Of a stretch of DNA of 47,578 bases, positions 29,513-39,866 are shown one piece after another; position 1 is the stretch's first letter, and each line of letters begins with the position of its first letter. The position numbers and the translations under genes were made by a program. Under the pieces are notes generated by a model that saw only the letters and a list, made by a program, of their open reading frames with translations, was not told the origin of the DNA and made no database searches. The DNA comes from Candidatus Heimdallarchaeota archaeon (lineage in GTDB: Archaea; Asgardarchaeota; Wukongarchaeia; Wukongarchaeales; JBHIFL01), in NCBI GenBank assembly GCA_046761065.1, contig JBHIFL010000028.1:1-47578 (forward strand), in the 5' to 3' direction.

Positions 29513-30772
29513 CTAAAACCGCTGAAAAGTGCCGGCTTTTTGATAAAATGTTTTCATATTAATAGCCACTTCAAAGACGAGGTCTGTCCAGCAAGCAAAA
29601 CTTAGTAAGATTTCCGCCCTTCCTACTAATTTATCCGGCTTTTTTAAGGCATATAACATGCTAAGTAAAATTATGATTGGTCTTTGCTGGCTGATAAAAC
29701 TCGAATATTCATACAACTGTAATGTAGGCTGGTTATTTAATATGAGTTGAGTATATTCAGTAGCTCTTTTCTTTAACACCCGAAGAACTTTAACCGCTTC
29801 AGGAGTCGTTCTAGCATCTGAAAGGTTTGTTAGAACATTAGAGAATGTGAGTCCAGCAGCTTGTTCACACAATCGTTGGAATTCGATAAAGAAGTGGTCG
29901 ATTGATGTGTTTTCTGATTTATTTGGCTCCAACTGCCACCTTTTTAGGCATAAAAAGTTAATATAACTATTATAAAGGATCATATTGAGTTTTTGATATT
30001 CATATGAAGGACTTAGTGACCCTTGTTGCATCGCTTTCCTCAGTTGCCAATTAAAGTGGGCTTTCAGCTGTTTCTCTTGTGCCGCGGACATCGACCATCG
30101 CATTAATTTGTTTAATGTTTTTCCTCGTTGAAATTTTGACATCCTTTCAACCACAAACCAATCAATTCCCGGAATTCGAAATAGAATAGAGCGGATGATA
30201 TCAAAAGCGGTCAGCAAATCTTCGAGAGTAACCTCTTTACAGTTCTTTTCTCCAGTTAATAGAAGGCCGAGTAGTGTCGCAGCCTCCTTGATCCATGTGA
30301 TAATTACCCTTGCCATTCTCCGATCATTATACATACAAATTAAAAATTCATAAAAGCGATCCAGGTTTTCTTCGAAGCTCTGAGTACTCCATGACGGAAT
30401 TTTACATTGGGATAAAAGATTCAAACAATCCTGAACGGTCCTTATAAGTGGCATTTCAAAGCAAATCTCCTTCTTCCCAGCTTGAAGGTCGATCTTCCCC
30501 CTCGAAAGGATGAAGGCAAATAATGGAATGGTTTCTAAAACCAATTGTGCTGGTGGCTTTTTAGTTGATGAAATTCTTCTTGAAATGGGAAGAGGAACAA
30601 GTAAGAGAAAAAACCTAGCTAAACGCTTCCTCAGCATCGGATCTGATGGTGAAAGTGCATTAATGAACTGATCAATATTCTCTTGTAGTTCTCTGAAGAT
30701 TTTACTCTTATAAATGTTAACTAAGCAATTCAAATAAGCTTTTTGAAGGTTTTCCGGCATCTGCAAGGCCAA
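29513..30772 (-). CDS. Hypothetical helical protein, possibly with two degenerate AAA+/MCM-lid-like modules
   Basis: 419-aa ORF with no P-loop; the EVTLEDLLTAFDII segment resembles an MCM lid. Confidence 0.65.
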   Translation of the reverse strand: MALQMPENLQKAYLNCLVNIYKSKIFRELQENIDQFINALSPSDPMLRKRLARFFLLLVPLPISRRISSTKKPPAQLVLETIPLFAFILSRGKIDLQAGKKEICFEMPLIRTVQDCLNLLSQCKIPSWSTQSFEENLDRFYEFLICMYNDRRMARVIITWIKEAATLLGLLLTGEKNCKEVTLEDLLTAFDIIRSILFRIPGIDWFVVERMSKFQRGKTLNKLMRWSMSAAQEKQLKAHFNWQLRKAMQQGSLSPSYEYQKLNMILYNSYINFLCLKRWQLEPNKSENTSIDHFFIEFQRLCEQAAGLTFSNVLTNLSDARTTPEAVKVLRVLKKRATEYTQLILNNQPTLQLYEYSSFISQQRPIIILLSMLYALKKPDKLVGRAEILLSFACWTDLVFEVAINMKTFYQKAGTFQRF

Positions 30773-31171
30773 CCATCACATCTCATGAAAGCATATTTTC
30801 GTTCTACTTCAACTTTTTAAGTTTTGAAGTTAAATATTGATCATATCTGTGTATTCATAAGCTGTCTTTACCTTTTAAACGGATTGATCCGCGGGAACGT
30901 CTTTTCATAATTTGGTTTGTTCCCACAAAATTCAATCCTATATTAAAAAACAAGAACTTTCTTTTCCCAACTCATTGTAATAGCATTATGCGATTAGATC
31001 TACGTAATAAAATATATAAATTCCTTCAAGTAGAGTAAATATTGAGCTGCTTGTCTAAGAAATTTTTAGAAAGACCTTGGATTATTAACCTGAATCAATG
31101 TTGAAATAAATGTATAATTCGATTATGAAGCAAATACATTTAGAACAAGCTTTTTCGAAGAATGATGGTTC

Positions 31172-32344
31172 TTATTCTGGCAATGTAATAATTTCTCCCA
31201 TGTTCAATGAATCATCTGTTAATCGTTCTAAGTCGAGTTCTTTCTCAAGATTTTCAACTTTCTCAATATTTGCTTTGGTTACGGGATTCGATGCGATTAA
31301 TGAGCAACAATCTTTATAAGATCGAATTGAAATCTGATAGGTTCCAATTTCTTTAGCAAGGGCGATTATCTCTTCCTTATCATAGGTTAGTAGTGGTCTT
31401 AGGATAGAAAATGATACGCTAGATTTCTGGGCATCAAGATTTTCTAGTGTTTGAGATGCCACTTGACCGAGAGAATCTCCTGTCACGATCGCTTGCAAGC
31501 CTTCTTGTACAGCAATTCGCTCGGCGACTCGCAGCATAAATCTCCGAAAGAGTATAAGCTCGTATTTTGGGGGGATGGTCTGTAGAGTTGCTAACTGAAA
31601 AAAGGCTGCGGGAACAATATGAACATTTGCTTGGAAAGAGTATTGGGTCAAAATTTTTATCAAGTCGGTGATTTTAGAGTTTATTGCCATTTCGTTTTCA
31701 CGAAATGGATGAAAATGGAGAAAGTCAACCGCACATCCACGTTTCATAACTAACCAAGCCGCGACGGCCGAATCAATCCCTCCACTAAGCAAACAAAGAA
31801 CTCTTCCGGTGACATCGATCGGAAGTCCCCCCAATCCTCTAATTTTATCAAAAAATATGAATATTTGGTTATCAGCTACCTCAATGAAGATCTGAATTTC
31901 CGGATTCTTCATCGAAACTTTTACACCATACTTTTCTACTAATTGGGCGCCTATTAAGGCCCCTAATTGAGGAGATGTTAGAGGAAACCGTTTGTTTGAG
32001 CGTTTAACAACGACTTTTATGGATACATTTTTTTTCAAAAAAGATTGTACTCTTTTGAAAACCTCTCTGCGTAATTCGTCAAGGTCCGGGCTTGTGGTAT
32101 AGGCAGGGGCGTACCATGAGATCCCAAAGACCTTAGCTAATTTCGAGTTAATCTGAGTCAAATTCGATTTTGTATTTAAATGTAATACAACTCTTCCACG
32201 CTCCATTTGCACCTCATCAATTATTTCAGTTCTTAATGCTTGGTGAATATTTTTTACCAGCTTTTTTTCAAAGAACGGGCGATTTCGTCCTTTGAGAGTA
32301 ATTTCTGCCGCATAATGGATGAGGATACAATCGTAAGAACCCAA
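31172..32344 (-). CDS. thiI: tRNA 4-thiouridine synthetase ThiI
   Basis: EITLKGRNR, THUMP domain, PP-loop LLSGGIDS, GDSLGQVASQT and DCC. Confidence 0.95.
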   Translation of the reverse strand: MGSYDCILIHYAAEITLKGRNRPFFEKKLVKNIHQALRTEIIDEVQMERGRVVLHLNTKSNLTQINSKLAKVFGISWYAPAYTTSPDLDELRREVFKRVQSFLKKNVSIKVVVKRSNKRFPLTSPQLGALIGAQLVEKYGVKVSMKNPEIQIFIEVADNQIFIFFDKIRGLGGLPIDVTGRVLCLLSGGIDSAVAAWLVMKRGCAVDFLHFHPFRENEMAINSKITDLIKILTQYSFQANVHIVPAAFFQLATLQTIPPKYELILFRRFMLRVAERIAVQEGLQAIVTGDSLGQVASQTLENLDAQKSSVSFSILRPLLTYDKEEIIALAKEIGTYQISIRSYKDCCSLIASNPVTKANIEKVENLEKELDLERLTDDSLNMGEIITLPE

Positions 32345-32981
32345 TATGGTAACCTTTTAAGCAATCTTGACAGGTTTTTCGCCCCTGGTAAGCCTCCCAG
32401 TGGGTTACGCTGTTTTTATTTAGGAAACACTATTAAGTGTAATGACTATCTTTTTATAAATTGATACTAATTCTGATTTCTTCCGCTTTATTTTCTCGTT
32501 GCTAAATCAGTTTTCAGAATGGGATTTGGACAATATTTTGATTGTGTTTTGCCTTAAATTTGTGTTTTGCTATAAGTCTTCATATTAACAAATTATATGT
32601 ATAAACACATCATGTACAAAACTCAAGTCCACAATGAATCAATAACCTTAAATCATACCCTTCAGCCAAAGATCTTATAGGGTTTGGTATAACCTAAGAT
32701 GTTGGCTTCGATTTAGTCTTCGTACAGAAACTTGGGAAACAACATAGCGTGGTTACACTGTATATAAACCGTCAATAGATTGATTTCCCTCCTTAGGGAT
32801 CGGAATTATCTTGGTTAAGCAAACCGAACAATGTAAATTTCTGGGGGATTTCTAGAAACACCACAGAAAAATTAGTGAATTTTTAACATGAATTGGGCAT
32901 TTAAGACCATGATATCGCCTGTATACTACAAAATTCACCCAAATGAGACGGTTATACCTAAAGATATACAAGATTAGGTTT

Positions 32982-33980
32982 TTAGGATAGCGGAAAAAGC
33001 TCTAAAAATACTAAGAGTTCAACGGGAAGAACTAAAAGCGCGAAAAAGGTTAGGCTTGAAATGAGAAGACTAACATTCGATTCGGAGAAATGAAAAAATT
33101 TTCCATAGATAATAACGGATACAGCAGGTGGTGCCATACTTTGAATTAATAATGGGAGAGCAACAATAGCTGGAGCGTCCCAGGTTATTAATAGAAGTAA
33201 AGCTAAAGAAGGTGCAACAAGAAACCGTGAGACCGCCACCTGGAAGGTTTTTTTAGAGAAGATGTTTTTTGGAGAAAGCTGGTTTAATTGATTGAATGAA
33301 ACCCCAATTAGTATAAGGGCACCGTATAATGAAAAGTTTTTGATGATATCAAGTCCTGGAATTGCCTCAATTGTTTGTGGGCCATAAACCGAATAAACGA
33401 GAAATCCAATGATCAGAGCCATGATTGGAGGAAATTTAATCATATTAAACGTGAATTCTTTGAGATCAACCTTTAAAGGGGAATCGTGTTTTTTATTAAT
33501 GTTTTGGGTGGGTTCAGGTCTATGCCAGATCCCAATGGCGGCACCTAAACTATTTCTCATTATCATCGCCATGAATAAAAAAATAGTTGCATACAATAAG
33601 GCAGGAGTTCCTGCTACAGCAAGAATTATCGGAAATGGAAAATATATGGAATTAGGAAAAGTAGCACAAAGGACAAATGCTCCGGTTTCTTCTTTTCGTT
33701 GATTTTTCTGGATAATTCGAATGGAAATGTAACTAACTAAATGGATCATAATAGTAACAATTACCACTTGAATAACAACATTCCCAGGAAAAGAGGTCAC
33801 TTTTGCAAACGAAGAGATGATAGATATTGGGAAAAAAACCCAGATTGTCATCTTAGTAAACCATTCTCCGTATTTCGGTCTAAAAAATATTGAAAACCGC
33901 CATAGGATCCCTAGACTTATAACAAAATAGATTATAAATAGACGGGAAAGGAGTTCTAAGAATCCTTCGAGGAAAAGCAT
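32982..33980 (-). CDS. AEC (auxin efflux carrier) family transporter
   Basis: About 10 TM helices, FPNSIYFPFP and AMAPPA-like motif. Confidence 0.82.
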   Translation of the reverse strand: MLFLEGFLELLSRLFIIYFVISLGILWRFSIFFRPKYGEWFTKMTIWVFFPISIISSFAKVTSFPGNVVIQVVIVTIMIHLVSYISIRIIQKNQRKEETGAFVLCATFPNSIYFPFPIILAVAGTPALLYATIFLFMAMIMRNSLGAAIGIWHRPEPTQNINKKHDSPLKVDLKEFTFNMIKFPPIMALIIGFLVYSVYGPQTIEAIPGLDIIKNFSLYGALILIGVSFNQLNQLSPKNIFSKKTFQVAVSRFLVAPSLALLLLITWDAPAIVALPLLIQSMAPPAVSVIIYGKFFHFSESNVSLLISSLTFFALLVLPVELLVFLELFPLS

Positions 33981-34586
33981 CTACAACCAACTGGATCAAT
34001 TTACTGGTCGAAATAACATATGATTCCCTTTGATACTTGAAAAACCCCCCAGTATGAGCAGGTTCAGGACTTTAATGAAATTTATCCTTTTTGTGCAATA
34101 CTAATTTACCAAAACTCAGATTGATAATTACACACAACAATCAATGAGGGCTTTATTCGGTAAGCATTATTATAAGAAATTTTAGTTTCCACGAAAGAAT
34201 AATCATTATTTCTTTACCCATAGAAAAATAATCTAGTCTACTAGTGAAATCATTTTCTCGGAATAATCTAAATATATTGTGAGGTAAAGGAAGAAATCAA
34301 TACCAAGGAAATTAACAATCCAGTAAATTTTATTCCTTAATTCCAAAAAGAGAGATATGAGTGAAAGGGAACCATGATAATTTGATTGAATAAAAGATTT
34401 TATATCGAAGATTTCGTTATGCGATAAATATTCAAAGGATCTTTGATATAAATACTCGAAAACGGCTTAAGCGTAGTTAAACGCTTAAGTAACAACTTAT
34501 TGAGATCATCCAAAAAACTATTGGGCTATAAAGTATGCTGCTTAGCAGCAATATTACTCTCGAGAATTCGCTCTTGTGTGATTGAG

Positions 34587-34826
34587 ATGTCCTTTCGGCT
34601 CCTCGTTAATGAAAAAAGATGCAATGCTTGCGGAAATTGTTGGGTTGCATGCCCAACGATGGCTCTCGTAGAATTCGATCCAGAAAGCGATGCCACGTTT
34701 ACGATCATAAGAACTACTAATGGAGAATGCAAAGTGCTTGATGTGAATGGTTGTAATGGTTGCGGTGTTTGTATAGAAGCTTGCTACAACAACGCTATCC
34801 AACTCAAACTTTTAGAAGAAGATTAA
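34587..34826 (+). CDS. 2[4Fe-4S] ferredoxin
   Basis: CNACGNCWVACP and CNGCGVCIEAC; ATG at 34587. Confidence 0.9.
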   Translation: MSFRLLVNEKRCNACGNCWVACPTMALVEFDPESDATFTIIRTTNGECKVLDVNGCNGCGVCIEACYNNAIQLKLLEED

Positions 34827-34846
34827 TCAGCAATAGGAGGATTCTA

Positions 34847-35293
34847 ATGCCGATCGTCGAGTTTGAACCAAAAATTCTTGTTTTTTGTTGTAGCTGGTGT
34901 AGTTATGCAGCGGCCGACCTCGCGGGGACAAGCCGTATGCAATATCCTGCAAATATCCGTATTCTACGAGTGCCTTGCTCTGGCCGCGTAGACTTGCTTC
35001 ATGTTGTAAAAGCGTTTGAGAGAGGCTGGGATGGGGTTTTAATCACAGGTTGCTTAAAAGGTCAATGTCACTATTTAGAAGGAAACCTAAAAGCAGAAAC
35101 CCGTGTCAGTTTTCTTTCCGACCTTTTAGAGGAAATTGGATTTGATTCGAGGAGATTACGAATTCGTTTTATGAGTGCAGCTATGGCTCCTGAATTTGTT
35201 AAGGAAATTACAGTATTTAAATATCTTATTCAAGAAATAGGACCCTCTCCTTTTAGAAAACACTTGATAGAATCAACAGGCATCACTTCATGA
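34847..35293 (+). CDS. mvhD: MvhD/FlpD-type [2Fe-2S] subunit
   Basis: FCCSWCSYAAAD, RVPCSGR and GC..GQCHY..GN; SD AGGAGG then ATG 34847. Confidence 0.93.
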   Translation: MPIVEFEPKILVFCCSWCSYAAADLAGTSRMQYPANIRILRVPCSGRVDLLHVVKAFERGWDGVLITGCLKGQCHYLEGNLKAETRVSFLSDLLEEIGFDSRRLRIRFMSAAMAPEFVKEITVFKYLIQEIGPSPFRKHLIESTGITS

Positions 35294-35346
35294 AAAAATG
35301 AGATGTATTTGTTAAGGGCAAAAATGGTTTGGTGGTTTTGTAGGCA

Positions 35347-36579
35347 ATGCCCCCCAAAAGCATATTAGTGATAGGTGGTGGCCTTTCGGGCGTATTCCTA
35401 GCGCAAGAATTAGCGGATTTTGGTTATAAACTCAACCTAGTAGAGAAGCTTCCATCAATCGGTGGAATCCTACTAGATTTAGGAAAAGTCTTTCCGACGG
35501 ATGATTGTGCCCTTTGCTACCCTTCAGCGGCTCGGTTTACAGACGGAGGATTTCGGAAATGCCAATTTCGGACACAGGTACAATTTCACCCTAAAATCAA
35601 CCTATTTACTAATTCCGAGCTTGAGACTTATGAACGAAATGGAGGCAAGTTTCATGCAGTGATCCGTAAACGGCGCTTTGGTATTTATGAATCCAAATGT
35701 GTCGGCTGTGGTGAGTGTATAACAGCATGCCAAGCCACACATGAAGAAGATACACAAATACCAATTCGATTCTATCATTCACAAGCTGTTCCACGAGTCC
35801 CCTACATCTCGAAGGAGGATTGCGACCGATGTGGTAAGTGTATTGATGTATGTGAGCCAGGAGCCATCAATTTCGATTGGGAAGATGAAACAATAGAGCT
35901 CGATGCGGATGTAGTTGTCTTTGCCACAGGTTTCCAAGAAATGACACCATACACAATTCTTCGTGAATTTGGCTATGGAGAACTTCCAAGAGTTATTACA
36001 CAAGTGGAATTAGCACATTTTCTAGATCCCCTCCGAGTAAAGGGTAAAAAAGATCTAGATATCGACCAGAAAACGCTCTTTAATCACGTCGTGATGATTA
36101 CCTGTATTGGCTCGCGGGATCAACGCTACTATGCGTATTGTTCCCGAATTTGCTGTACTTACACCTTAAAACATGCTCTTATGCTACGGGAGAAGGATAT
36201 TGAAGTGACTGTTTGCTTTATGGATATACGAACTCCTGGCTTTATAGAAGACTATTACTTACGGTGTAGAGCCAAAGGGGTTAATTTTATTCGAGGACGA
36301 CCCAATTTAGTGGAGTGGGATGCCGAAACGGAATCCTTGGTTGTGGAATTTGAGGATACACTCGCCCAACAATCCAAACACCTTCAGGCAGATCTTGTTG
36401 TTTTAGCTACAGCGCTTTTTCCAAGGCACACAGATCGATATACGGGAAATGAATTGGAAACTACTGTTGAAGGAGAATTCAAGGCAGGTAGTATGATTGA
36501 ACCGCGAAATATACCTGAAACAATAAGAGATGTCGACGCATTATGCCTTAGAATTGTCAAGTATCTTGGGAGCCCATAA
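35347..36579 (+). CDS. hdrA: HdrA-like FAD/[4Fe-4S] protein (short form)
   Basis: GGGLSG, EK.PSIGG, FPTDDCALC, inserted ferredoxin domain, CIGSRD..YCSRICC and DIRT. Confidence 0.85.
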   Translation: MPPKSILVIGGGLSGVFLAQELADFGYKLNLVEKLPSIGGILLDLGKVFPTDDCALCYPSAARFTDGGFRKCQFRTQVQFHPKINLFTNSELETYERNGGKFHAVIRKRRFGIYESKCVGCGECITACQATHEEDTQIPIRFYHSQAVPRVPYISKEDCDRCGKCIDVCEPGAINFDWEDETIELDADVVVFATGFQEMTPYTILREFGYGELPRVITQVELAHFLDPLRVKGKKDLDIDQKTLFNHVVMITCIGSRDQRYYAYCSRICCTYTLKHALMLREKDIEVTVCFMDIRTPGFIEDYYLRCRAKGVNFIRGRPNLVEWDAETESLVVEFEDTLAQQSKHLQADLVVLATALFPRHTDRYTGNELETTVEGEFKAGSMIEPRNIPETIRDVDALCLRIVKYLGSP

Positions 36580-36607
36580 AGATGTGGAAGAGCTAGAGGT
36601 GAGTTCA

Positions 36608-38641
36608 TTGAGAACAGGGGTAATCTTTTGTTCATGCAATAATACGATCAAGCTGAATTTCGAGCGTTTAAAGCAAATCATCCAAGAACGCTATCATCCG
36701 GATACGATCATCCTCAATAATACATTATGTATTGGAAAAGAGAAAGAAAAATTGCTTAAAATATTGAAAGAGCAGTACTACACGGGAATCCTGATTGCAG
36801 CTTGTAGTGAAAACATTTTCCAGGGAATTTTTCCACGCAAAAGTACTATACCATCAGATACCTGTCTTGAAGTGGTTGATCTTCAGGAAGAATGTAAACC
36901 CCATTCCTCGGAGCTTGGGCTTATTAAAGCGGTTTCAATGATTGGGGCAAGCCTATTCAAGTTGGAAAAGCTGAAACCCCTTAACAAAATCCAGCAGGAA
37001 ATTAAGGCTCCAGTTGCAGTCATTGGAAATGGGCTATCACTCCTGAAAGTGGTAGAAAATCTGTCTGACTTGGGAATCCACGTTACGGCAATCTCCCCAG
37101 GTACCGTCGAAGAAACTACTCATCCAGAGGCAGGTACTATTAAATACACTGGAACTCGAGCGAAGCTGAAACAAAAGTTTCAAAAAGCCAAGAAAGTTGA
37201 AATTCTGGAACAAGTCGATGATATCAATGTTTCTGGCCGGATTGGGGATTTCCAAGTTCAGGCCCGTAGAGGGGGGGAGATCACCACACACACCGCAGGA
37301 CTCCTTGTATTTGCTTCAGACGGAGACGAATATAAACCCTTTGATCTCTCACAACATGGATACGGGCGTTTTAAGCAAGTAAAAACCCTGGGGGAAATTA
37401 TCGGAGAATTTCAAGAGAATACAGCCTTACAGGGTCAAAATATAATCATTGCCAATTGTATTGGTTCCCGAGACGAAACGTTGGGGCGCCCTTATTGTTC
37501 TGCTTATTGCTGTGACCAAGGTATTCGTCTTGCTCGCGAATTGACCCAGAAAGGAGCAAATGTCACCATTTGTTATATGGCAGATGTCCGATCCCTATTT
37601 TTCAATGAAGAAGAATACCGTAAAGCACGCATGGAAGGCGTAGAGTTTCTGAGAGCTGGTCTAGGAGATGTCGATGCAGATACGGGTTCAGGTCGACTGA
37701 AAGTTACAATAGAAGATACACTCAGTGGTCAGATCCTTGAGAAATGTGCCGACCAAGTCGTTCTTTCTTGCGCCCTTCTTGCATCTCCTTTCTTGAGGGA
37801 TGTTGGCCAAAGGCTCAAATTGGAGATAAAAGAAGGAGGATTTCTGAAAGAACTCTATTCCAAACTAAAAGCAACTGAGACAAAGCTTCCAGGCGTTTTT
37901 GTATGTGAATCGGTAGTTCAACCGTTACCATTGACCGAAACTCTCAAGAGTGCTGATGCAGTTGCCTTTAAAGTGCTGAAATCCCTCCAAACCGAGTACC
38001 TTCGAACAAACACAACAGCCCAAGTGGACAAAGACCTCTGTGTAGGTTGCGAATTGTGTGTCAAGCATTGTCCAAGGCAAGCTATCACTACTATCGTTAT
38101 AGATGATCAACTTAAAGTGGAAGTAGATCCAACTATCTGTCAAGGCTGTGCGCTTTGTCAAACCTTATGTCTAACTGGAGCAATCCAACTTGCCAATTAC
38201 GAAGATGAGGCACTGATAGGCCAGATAAAAGTAGCAATTGATGCATGGAAAAGCCTTACGAGTTCTCCTTTAATCATGAACATTGCATGTCGTGAATGTG
38301 GTTATTGTGCGATTGAACATGGGCACTTGAGTGGGATCGAGATGCCTGAACACACCATAACTATTCAAGTTCCTTGTGCAGCACGAGTTTCCCCTTTAGA
38401 TCTTCTCACAATTTTGGACTTAGGAGCTGATGCAGTTCTTGTGATAAGCTGTCCCGAGGAAAATTGTCACATGCAGGAGGGTAGCCACACGGCACGTTTA
38501 CATGTGCATTTTGTCAAGAATATTCTTCAACAAATTGGGCAGAATCCTAACCGAGTGGACATCGTTCAATTGTGCGCTGCTGAAGCTAATAAGTACGCTT
38601 CAAAGCTTAAAGCCCTTGAAGCAACTTTGGAGGGATCATAA
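36608..38641 (+). CDS. hdrA: HdrA-like protein with C-terminal ferredoxin and fused MvhD-like domain
   Basis: N-terminal GVIFCSC, CIGSRD..YCSAYCC, two CxxCxxCxxxC motifs, then CRECGYC..VPCAAR..CH. Likely start is TTG 36608 after SD GAGGTGA (ORF open from 36530). Confidence 0.85.
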   Translation: MRTGVIFCSCNNTIKLNFERLKQIIQERYHPDTIILNNTLCIGKEKEKLLKILKEQYYTGILIAACSENIFQGIFPRKSTIPSDTCLEVVDLQEECKPHSSELGLIKAVSMIGASLFKLEKLKPLNKIQQEIKAPVAVIGNGLSLLKVVENLSDLGIHVTAISPGTVEETTHPEAGTIKYTGTRAKLKQKFQKAKKVEILEQVDDINVSGRIGDFQVQARRGGEITTHTAGLLVFASDGDEYKPFDLSQHGYGRFKQVKTLGEIIGEFQENTALQGQNIIIANCIGSRDETLGRPYCSAYCCDQGIRLARELTQKGANVTICYMADVRSLFFNEEEYRKARMEGVEFLRAGLGDVDADTGSGRLKVTIEDTLSGQILEKCADQVVLSCALLASPFLRDVGQRLKLEIKEGGFLKELYSKLKATETKLPGVFVCESVVQPLPLTETLKSADAVAFKVLKSLQTEYLRTNTTAQVDKDLCVGCELCVKHCPRQAITTIVIDDQLKVEVDPTICQGCALCQTLCLTGAIQLANYEDEALIGQIKVAIDAWKSLTSSPLIMNIACRECGYCAIEHGHLSGIEMPEHTITIQVPCAARVSPLDLLTILDLGADAVLVISCPEENCHMQEGSHTARLHVHFVKNILQQIGQNPNRVDIVQLCAAEANKYASKLKALEATLEGS

Positions 38642-39129
38642 TGAGCGCAGAAGGTAAGAAACGAAGAGATCTTCTTAAAACTTTAATGAAAATTGCGATT
38701 AAACCACCAGAGAAACCGATTCCTGTTCCGGAGGATGTACAAGGCTTTGGTATGATTGTGAAAAAAGAAGAGCGTACCGGATCATGCCTATCTTGCCAAA
38801 AATGTGTGGAAATTTGTGAAGATGACGCTATTCATCTTAAGAATGTTTTTGACCTAGCAGCATTTCTCCAATTATCCAAAGAGCAAATTAAGACTGCGCC
38901 TCCAAAAAAACAAGCCTTCTATCATGTTCTAAAAAAGTTGGCGTTAAGGGATCCAGAAGGAATTGTGGAAATTCCTGAAGACATGACCTCTTTTGGTGAA
39001 ATCGAAGTATTTGCCCCAAACTGCATAGCATGTATAAAGTGTGTCGAGATTTGTCCAGAACAGTTATTAGAGAAACTTAATCTTTTTGATCTCCCCACGA
39101 TCTTTTCAGCTCTTGAAAAAGCCGCCTAG
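38641..39129 (+). CDS. 4Fe-4S binding protein
   Basis: CLSCQKCVEIC and CIACIKCVEICP separated by a helical insert. Confidence 0.85.
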   Translation: MSAEGKKRRDLLKTLMKIAIKPPEKPIPVPEDVQGFGMIVKKEERTGSCLSCQKCVEICEDDAIHLKNVFDLAAFLQLSKEQIKTAPPKKQAFYHVLKKLALRDPEGIVEIPEDMTSFGEIEVFAPNCIACIKCVEICPEQLLEKLNLFDLPTIFSALEKAA

Positions 39130-39164
39130 TCAGTTATAAATATCATTAATAGCATATTTATGTA

Positions 39165-39629
39165 ATGGTGTCTTCCATGAACAAAAAGGACTTATTGAAA
39201 CGCAAAGGAGGCATCTTCCCTAAAGGACAAATCACATTAGAGGATATTATCACTACAATGAAACAAGACCCAAATTTAAGCGATGCTGGGACTTTTACCT
39301 GTTTCATAGGGCTAACACGGCGAACATCAAGGAATGGAAAAGCTACAGAGAAGTTGGAAATCGAGACTTTCGAAGAAAAAGCCAATGAAACACTGGACAT
39401 CATTGCACGGGAAATTATCCAAAAGAAGGGGATCATTGATACAAGAATATACCATGCAACGGGGACGTTTGATATCGGGGAAGAGCTTGTTTTTGTAGTT
39501 GTCGCTGGAAGCCACCGTGATGAAGCCTTTCCCGCCCTTCGAGAAGCTGTGGAACGCTATAAAAAAGAAGCTGCGATCTGGAAAAAGGAATATTTAGCAA
39601 CTGGGGAGGCGTATTGGACAACTGAATGA
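39165..39629 (+). CDS. moaE: Molybdopterin synthase catalytic subunit MoaE
   Basis: F.G..R, H..G...IGE, HRDEAF and IWKKE. Confidence 0.93.
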   Translation: MVSSMNKKDLLKRKGGIFPKGQITLEDIITTMKQDPNLSDAGTFTCFIGLTRRTSRNGKATEKLEIETFEEKANETLDIIAREIIQKKGIIDTRIYHATGTFDIGEELVFVVVAGSHRDEAFPALREAVERYKKEAAIWKKEYLATGEAYWTTE

Positions 39630-39661
39630 CTCTATCCTACATTTAAAGTTCAGTAAACAGT

Positions 39662-39776
39662 TGGTGCGGGGAGAGGGATTTCCTGAAGGTGCGAATTTAC
39701 CCTCTTTCGAACCCTCGAAGACCTACGTCATCAGATCTTGAGTCTGACGCCTTTGACCTGGCTCGGCTATCCCCGC
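39662..39776 (-). tRNA. tRNA-Leu(CAA) with a 27-nt intron at 59/60 (39679-39705)
   Basis: GCGGGGA/TCCCCGC acceptor, TCAGA-CTCAAGA-TCTGA anticodon arm, variable arm, relaxed BHB TTCG AA|A...AGGA AA|T, CCA encoded. Confidence 0.95.
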
Positions 39777-39866
39777 ATAAAAGGATACTTGGTATTCCTA
39801 CTAGATAGATGATATTAGTTCATTCCCTCTTTAAAGTTTGTTTCTTTAAATATCATCAAGTAATAA

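Noticed and set aside
34847-38641. Selenocysteine forms of MvhD/HdrA
   Set aside because: The frames are fully open with Cys at the motif positions and contain no in-frame TGA.
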